From Octopus vulgaris (lineage: Eukaryota), in contig OX597836.1 in NCBI GenBank assembly GCA_951406725.2, forward strand, positions 50,282,001-50,346,000: 64,000 nt of DNA, given 5' to 3'. The notes beneath the pieces are model-generated. The model did not search any database. It had not been told where the DNA came from and saw only the letters and a list, made by a program, of their open reading frames with translations. Of the stretch, positions 56,093 through 64,000 are shown one piece after another; the stretch's first letter is position 1, and the number at the start of each line of letters is the position of its first letter. The position numbers and the translations under genes are program-made.

Positions 56093-58130
56093 GAGGTATC
56101 AAGCTGTTGGATCAGGTAATGAAGGTTACGGAGAGGGTCATAGCCCAACTAATTAGAGAGAGAGTTAGTTTAGATGAGATGCAGTTTGGGTTTGTCCCAG
56201 GGAAAAGCACCACTGATGCTATATTCCTGGTAAGGCAGCTGCAGGAGAAATACCTAGCCAAGGATAAGCCCCTGTACCTGGCTTTCGTTGACATGGAGAA
56301 AGCCTTTGATAGGGTCCCCGATCCCTCATCTGGTGGTCAATGAGGAAACTAGGGATAGATGAATGGCTGGTGAGGGCTGTGCAAGCCATGTACAGAGATG
56401 CCGTAAGTAAGGTTAGAGTTGGCAACATGTACACAGAAGAATTCAAAGTAGAGGTTGGGGTCCACCAGGGTTCAGTACTCAGCCCCTCCTATTTATCATA
56501 GTCCTCCAGGCAATAACGGAGGAATTCAAGACAGGTTGCCCCTGGGAGCTCCTCTATGCTGACGACCTCGCTCTAATCGCTGAGTCACTATCAGAACTGG
56601 AGGAGAAGTTCCAGGTGTGGAAGGAGGGTTTAGAATCGAGGGGCCTTAGAGTCAACCTAGCTAAAACCAAAGTACTAATAAGTAGAAAGGTAGAAAACCC
56701 ACAAATATCCTCAGGAAGATGGCCCTGCTCGATCTGTAGAAAAGGTGTAGGTAGAAACTCTATAAGATGTACCCAGTGTAAGCTATGGACACATAAGAGG
56801 TGCAGCAATGTCAAAGGTAGGCTAACTGGGAAGATAGTTTTTGTATGTGGCAGGTGCTCTGGAGCATTGACCTCCGAAAATCTGCAGAAAACAACTTCTG
56901 TCACTTTCCGGGGGAAAAACTAGAAGTAGTTGATAGCTTCCGCTATCTAGGTGACCAAGTCAGTAGTGGGGGTGGGTGCGCTGAAAGTGTAACTGCTAGA
57001 ATAAGAATAGCCTGGGCAAAGTTTAGGGAGCTCTTACCTCTGCTGGTGACTAAAGGCCTCTCGCTCAGAGTAAAAGGCAGACTGTATGATGCATGTGTAC
57101 GAACAGCTATGCTACATGGCAGTGAAACATGGGCCGTGACTGCTGAGGACATGCGTAAGCTCGTGAGGAACGAAGCCAGTATGCTCCGATGGATGTGTAA
57201 TGTCAGTGTACTTACTCGACAGAGCGTTAGTACCTTGAGAGAAATGTTGTACCTAAGAAGCATCAGTTGTTGTGTGCAAGAGAGACGATTGCGCTGGTAT
57301 GGTCATGTGGCGAGAATGGATGAAGATAGGTGTGTGAGAAAGTGCCAATCCCTAGCAGTTGAGGGAACCCGTGGAAGAGGTAGACCCAGGAAAACCTGGG
57401 ACGAGGTGGTGAAGCACGACCTTCGGACGTTAGGTCTCACCATGGAAATGACTAGAGACCGAGACCTATGGAAGTATGCTGTGCGTGAGAAGACCCGGCA
57501 AGACTAGTGAAGCCATAATCCGTGGCCCCTACCTGGGACGTAGTCAGTCCACCTGTGCATACCTTCCTTCTTGTGACACTTGTGAAGACCTGTTGAGGCA
57601 AGTGAGAATCGAATCGTATCGAATCAAATCGAACCAAATCAAAATAGATGAACATCAATGGAATTTGTATCCTTGTGGTACCAGTGCCGGTGGCACATAA
57701 GAAAACCATCCGAACGTGACCGTAGCCAGTACCACAATGACTGGCCTCCGTGCTGAGGGCACGTAACAAACACCATCCGAGCGTGGCCGTCCGCCAGCCT
57801 CGTCTGGCACCTGTGTCGGTGACACATAAGAAAACACCATCCGAGCGTGGCCGTCTGCCAGCCTCGTCTGGCACCTGTGTCGGTGGCACATAAAAAACAC
57901 CATCCGAGCGTGGCCGTCTGCCAGCCTCGTCTGGCACCTGTGTCGGTGGCACATAAAATCACCCACTACACTCTCGGAGTGGTTGGCGTTAGGAAGGGCA
58001 TCCAGCTGTAGAAACACTGCCACATCTGACTGGCCTGGTGCAGCCTTCGGGCTTCCCAGACCCCAGTTGAACCGTCCAACCCATGCTAGCATGGAAAGCG
58101 GACGTTAAACGATGATGATGATGATGATGA

Positions 58131-58134
<4 letters not shown>
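56091..58134 (+). mobile_element. RTE-clade LINE, 5'-truncated, same family as 43823-45844
   Basis: RT motifs with frameshifts. ORF end RGRGRPRKTW...EKTRQD* at 57507, about 60-bp tandem repeats at 57680-57960, and (GAT)n tail into (TA)n. Confidence 0.95.
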
Positions 58135-58203
<69 letters not shown>

Positions 58204-58916
58204 GCGTCATCACCTTCCAGCATCCATTTTCTGCTGTAGAAACAGGTTGGACAGTCTGAAAGGATGCCGTGTGTTGGAGGATTGCATCATTCTCCAGTCG
58301 GCATGGTTTCTGTGGTTGGATGCACTTCCTAATACCAACCACTTTACAAAATGTATAATACACACCCACACCCACACACTCACTCACCCATACCCTCCCA
58401 CACACATACATGTATGCACACACACACACTCATGCATACACGCACACATATACACACACACATGCACACACACGCACACATATGCACACACATACGCACA
58501 CACATGCACACACATATACTATACTAGTAGTTGAAGGAATTCTTTAGGATTCTGAAAAACATTGCCTGGGACAAATAAAAAAATCTTTGAAAACCATTTT
58601 GGAGAAAAATAATTATTAATTTTTACATAACTTTACCTTTCCAACAAATTGATTTGGACAAAGGAGGAAGACAATACAAATGGAGCAGATATCGATCTAG
58701 AACTGGCAAAATCTAATCACAAAGAGAGAAAATAAATTAATAAAAATCTGTGAATTTTGTGAGAGTTTAAAGTGTTTGTTAAAGATGTAACCTCCAACCT
58801 TCTAATGATTAAAAGAAACATTGTACTAAGCTAGTGATGGTGGTGGTGGTGGTGGTGGGGGGTTTAGAATTTTTTGTCAAAATTAAAAACAAGGAATTTT
58901 TTTAGAAAATAGTTGC

Positions 58917-58965
<49 letters not shown>

Positions 58966-59198
58966 AATGGTCTTTGCTTAAATGGTTTTATTCAAAGGTC
59001 TGTGCTTGATGAAGGCTGACCTGGGGTTAAACATTAGCCACTACAGATGATGTATCTCAGGTAACACAACTTCAAGTTCTTACACCTGAACAACCTGAAA
59101 AAGAGGAATTAAAAGGAATTTATTTTCCATTTGTCAACCTGGAGAAAGTCTTTTGACTGAGTTTCACAATCTACAAAAGAAAATAGATTAGTGTGGAT

Positions 59199-59433
59199 CA
59201 GGGGTACTCAACCATTTTTTACCTCTTTGATTCCTATTTTATTCTAGTAGACCCCCACTCCACCTCGCCATTTGATGATTAAAAACTAGTTTCAGAGATG
59301 CTTCTTTCAAAATCTTTTCGTGGATCCCTAAAATATTACTGTAGGTCCCCAACTTACTATTTTGCTTATGCGGACCCCCAAAAATCTTACATGCACCCCC
59401 AGCAATCACGTGGACTCTGGCTGAGAATCACTG
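59199..59433. mobile_element. hAT-type MITE inserted in an old RTE remnant
   Basis: Ends CAGGGGTACTCAACC / GGCTGAGAATCACTG. Flanks GTGTGGAT / GTGCAGAT form a degenerate 8-bp TSD. Confidence 0.55.
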
Positions 59434-60101
59434 GTGCAGATGAAACTTCTGTAGAATGGTTCCCAGCATGTATGAAAGGTGTGAGCAAAGTCAAGGTTAA
59501 TAGGGAATTCAAAGGAAAAGTTCGTGCAGAACTGGTGAGTTCATCAGGGTCCTGTCCTAAACCCTCTTCCCTTCAGAATAATTATTGACATCATAACTCA
59601 GAGATTTTCACAGAAGTGAGAATATTCATGGAAACTGTTTTGTGGTAATGCTTGCTCTGCCATGTGTGTGTGTGTGTGTGTGTGTGTGTTTGACAGAGAC
59701 GGGTGAAATATGGAAGTTCATAAGGAGCACAATGCTACAAGTCCCTGTAGATTTCTGGATCAAATGGTATAATAAATTCTATGTAATGACTTGTATGTTT
59801 TTTATGCCATCATCTGTTAAAGAACTTGAAAGAATGTTTGAAAGCTCAAACATGCAGGTATCAAAACAGTAACATGACCTTGGCAAAAGTGTTAGTAAGG
59901 GGTCACCCTCACTCAGTAACATGAAGGGAGAAGGCTTACTCAGTTTAAGGGCCAAAAATATAATAAGATTACAACCACCACCACCACCACCACCAGCATT
60001 GCAACACTACATTGCGTGAACACATCACCACCGCTGCTTCCACTACCACCACCACTATCATAACGATACATCACACATTAAATCATTAATTAAAGTATCA
60101 T

Positions 60102-60163
<62 letters not shown>

Positions 60164-60978
60164 CTGTCATTCACTAAAAGCCATGCTAGTTTATGGATCT
60201 TCCACTGCAATGCCATTGATTTCCCAGCAAATATTTTTTAAAAAAGCACCACCCCTCCCTCCATCTCCCCCATCCCTCCCTCCATTCCTCCATCCATCCC
60301 TCCATCCCTCCATCCACCCCGCCATCCATTTCAGTGAAATATGATGAACAAACACACAAATATATATTGAAAGCCATCAGATTGTGAGTCATGAATGCAG
60401 CAACGAAAAATAACAAACAACCTCAATAATGACAACAAAATATAAAACGAGACGACCGTCGCTTAATCATCCGATTGATTTCAATGCAGCCACACAAGAT
60501 AAAGCTGTGTCGTGCAACAGGAGGTGAGCGAAATGTCTTCTCTCTCTTTCTATGACAGTAATGGATTTTTTCATCAGTTTGTGACTTATTCACCACCACC
60601 GCCATCACCGCTGCCACCACCACCACCACCACCACCTCTATCTCTCTTTAGCTTTCTGACCTTATTTCTTTCTTTCTTTCTTCCTCTCTCTCATACATAC
60701 TTACATACATATATATACACATACATACAAACACACGCATACAAACGTACACATATACATACACATGTACATACTCACGCACATACATACACACATACAT
60801 ACACACACATACATACGTACACACACACATACATAAACACATACACACACATACATACATACACATATATACAAACATACATATCTTCATCTCATTTATA
60901 TTTGAGAGCTTCTTTTGCAGTCCTATAAACCCTTTTGTGTCTATAACGAGAGACAAATATTATTCTTGTGTGTATATA

Positions 60979-62251
60979 TACGAGGGACGTTCAATAAGTA
61001 ATGCTCCTGACCCACTTGCAGTTGTTTGATCTAGCTGAAATTTTGCATGTGCAATTATTTATATCTCTATAGGTTAAGTGGCAAATTACAGCTCTGAACT
61101 CTGTGGTTTCTGATTTACAGGTGTTTGAACAGGGTCAAGTGTGAAATGGAGCCAGTTGAGTGTCGTGCAGTGAAAGGACGTATTTGAAAGGACGCACACC
61201 ACAGAAGACTTTTGATGAAATGAAAGTAATTTATGGTGATGATGCCCCATCATATGACCTTGTAAAACGCTGGCATCGTGAATTCAAACATGGTCGGAAC
61301 TCTGTGGAAACAGCTCCCAGATCTGGTCGCCCCACCTTCTGCCATTGATGAGGCATCTGTCCGTCAAGTTGAGGCTGCCATTTTGGAAGATCGGCGCATA
61401 ACTATTTGCCAAATAGCCCATGAGGTCAAGATTAGTATCGGATCTGTGTAAAATATCATTCATGACCATTAGCATATGCAAAAGGTATCTGCCAGATGGA
61501 TTCCCAGGTTGCTCACACCTTTCCAGAAGCAAGAACGCGTTGAGTGCTCGAGGATGAATTTAGAGATGTGCCAAGAAGATGACTCAAAATTTTTCAAAAG
61601 ACTGATTACACAGGATGAAACCTGGGTCCATCACTATGATCCAGAGACCAAAGCCCAGTCAATGCAGTGGAAGCACCGTGACTCACCTCCTCCAAAGAAG
61701 GCAAGGGTGCAGCCCTCCGCTGGCAAAGTCATGCTCACAGTCTTCTGGGACCAGGACGGAGTAGTGATGACAGATTTCCTGGCAAAGGGTACCACAATTA
61801 CAGAAGCCTATTATGCTTCACTTTTGAAGAAATTATGAGAAGCTATCAAAATCAAGAGGCGGGGCAAGATCAGCAAAGGCATCCTCCTCCTGCAGGACAA
61901 CGCTCCGGTTCATAACTCGCATGTCGCCAGATCAGAAGCACAGGTGTGCGGCTATGAACTCCTCCCCCATCCCCCCTACACTCCTGACCTTTCACCCTCT
62001 GATTTTCACCTCTTCCCAGCCATGAAGTTGTTTTTGAAAGGAAAGCGTTTCCCAGATGATGCAGCCTTGATTTCTGAAGTCACGTCGTGGTTGGAGGACC
62101 AAGCTGGGGTCTTCTACGAAAACGGTCTCCAGAGCTGCATCAAACAATGGGAGAAATGTGTAACTCTGGGTGGTTCCTATGTAGAAAAAGACTAATAACT
62201 GTGCTAAGTTTCGTTGCTCTACTGCTATGGGAAGTGGGTCAGGGGCATTAC
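60979..62251 (+). mobile_element. Near full-length mariner transposon with disabled transposase (about 61146-62195)
   Basis: TA + CGAGGG...GTAATGCTCCTGACCCACTT left TIR, AAGTGGGTCAGGGGCATTAC partial right TIR. Motifs WIPRLL, TQDETWV, QDNAPVH, HPPYTPDLSPSDFHLF. Several stops and frameshifts. Confidence 0.95.
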
Positions 62252-62327
62252 ATACATACATACACACATGCATACATACATACATACATACATACATACA
62301 TACATACATACATACATGCATGTATAC

Positions 62328-62380
<53 letters not shown>

Positions 62381-62579
62381 TATACATACACACACATATA
62401 CATACATACACACACACATACACACATACATCTACACACATACATAAATGCCTTTGGTCACTCTGACTTATTTAACCTTTTTTTCATTTCGGTTTAATTT
62501 ATGCAAAATCTCAAAAGGACATAAAGGTGTTCTACTCTTCCTGCATAAGTCTCAATCCTTTGGCCACTGGACATAAGGA

Positions 62580-62639
62580 AGGACAATTTTTGTGCTGATG
62601 ATGCCTATTGAGGCAGAAACAAATGTCCACAACTGTCCT
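62580..62639 (+). ncRNA. Canonical type I hammerhead ribozyme fold
   Basis: UUGUG-CUGAUGA-UGCCU(AUUG)AGGCA-GAA-ACAAAUGU-C-CACAA. GUC site after 62627. Stem I is extended by AGGACA/UGUCCU. Confidence 0.8.
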
Positions 62640-63150
62640 CTCACCTCTACACAATAAGCCTGTTCTTTTCAGTTTTGGAGAAGTTTTCAATTTTGAGATT
62701 TTCTCCTCTTCTCAAGTTGGTCTTTAATGTCATTTGCTAGTTATGACACTTTCTCTAGAGGTGGAGATTATTTTAATAAATCAGGAAAATATGTTCCATG
62801 ATATTTGATATACCTGTATTTCTTTCTCTCTCTCTCTGTATATAATATATACACATATATATATATATATAAATATATGTATATATATAGTCACTATAAG
62901 GATATTTAAACCTCTTATAGGAATTGTCTTATCCAAGTTACACTGGTTTAATGCATTTTGAAGAGATATTTCTTCAATAGATATATTATGAAAATATCAA
63001 ATATTATTATGAAGTAAGAAAATAGAGAGATTCAATGGATATGAATTAAGTTATTAATCAATTAACATTCCTTACAATTGTTTCAATTCACACCCAATAC
63101 AAATTGCAAAACATATAATGATGATGATGATGATAATAATAATAATAATA

Positions 63151-63573
63151 GTGCAACCATGAGATAGAGAATAGGAAGCCAAACATAGTCTTAATTGAGA
63201 AAGAAAACAAACTATGCAGGATCATAGACATAGCACGCCCAGCTGACAACAAGGTATGCGATAAGGAAGAAAGAAAAGTTGAGAGATATGACAGGTTAGC
63301 TTGGGAAGTTAAGGAGTTGTGGTCGATGAAAAAGGTAGCAGTAGCAACAATAATTGTTGGAGCCCTGGGAACAGTGAACAAAAATCTTGAGAAGTACGTG
63401 GAACAAATAGGGGCTGCAATAAGGGTGGAGCACTTGCAGAAAACAGCACTGCTTGGAACCACTCAAATACTCCAGAAGGTGCTCGAAAAATAAGGGGTGT
63501 TACCTTAGTTCACTGGTAGTGAACAGCTGACACTGTAGTACATCTCCAGCATTAGAAGCTGTGCAAAGGCAAT

Positions 63574-63575
<2 letters not shown>
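63151..63575 (+). mobile_element. Third R4/Dong-like 3' fragment (REL endonuclease) in (TAA)n
   Basis: RKPNIVLIEKENKLCRIIDIARP...KVERY...IIVGALG...QKTALLGT, stop at 63491-63493, (TAA)n on both sides. Confidence 0.88.
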
Positions 63576-63610
<35 letters not shown>

Positions 63611-63656
63611 CATCATATGTAAACAAAGGTAAGTTTGTTTTTGAAGTGTTGAAATG

Positions 63657-63860
63657 TATTGTAGAACAAATAGAAAGATATATTTTGTCTTCAACACATA
63701 AATACGGAACAGCATATATAAGGGATAAACTCCTTTTAAGAGTAGAAAAGTTTGTCAGAGAGCGGCCATGTGACGAACTTTTCTGCTCTGAAAAGGAATT
63801 TATCCTTTATACATACTGTTCAGTGTTGAAGAAGTATATCATTCTACTTGTTCTACAATA
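63657..63860. repeat. Imperfect fold-back embedded in (TAA)n
   Basis: TATTGTAGAACAA.../...TTGTTCTACAATA, with inner pairing AGGGATAAACTCCTTTT / AAAAGGAATTTATCCTT. Confidence 0.8.
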
Positions 63861-63875
63861 ATAATAATAATAATA

Positions 63876-63943
<68 letters not shown>

Positions 63944-64000
63944 GATGGGCTACAGCAAATATTCTGCTCAATACCACAGATTTGCTTGTCAGTTGTTTGA

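Noticed and set aside
57680-57960. CRISPR-like array of about 60-bp repeats
   Set aside because: These are head-to-tail repeats without unique spacers, part of the RTE 3' UTR in a eukaryotic context.
59697-59857. Apparent plus-strand exon (ag|...CAG|gtatca) reading TGEIWKFIRS...SVKELERMFE
   Set aside because: Its 3' half and downstream bases resemble the RTE RT segment SLSELEEKF...NLAKTKVL and continue the degraded RTE at 59090-59640.

Overview
Eukaryotic, AT-rich, repeat-dense genomic DNA. The microsatellite, SINE and RTE landscape suggests a coleoid cephalopod, most likely Octopus (inference). One host gene is well supported: transcription elongation factor TFIIS (TCEA) on the + strand, with 8 coding exons read by hand from 6277 to 17101. 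Its ATG-bearing first exon could not be placed. The gene has a minor-spliceosome (U12) intron that, as written, keeps frame only if spliced as AT-AA rather than AT-AC. The rest of the window is transposon debris: RTE, R4/Dong and CR1 LINE fragments, mariner and hAT remnants, Helitrons, MITEs, tRNA-derived SINEs and a Penelope-like GIY-YIG element. The most striking unannotated signal is a set of eight hammerhead-ribozyme-like folds in five sequence families between 28.5 and 62.6 kb. One is canonical; the others carry U3:A8 or G3:C8 compensatory core swaps, an A6U change, or a long stem II. Most sit in small Penelope-like, often fold-back, elements inserted in (TA)n microsatellites. All folds and alignments were made by eye; no searches were run.
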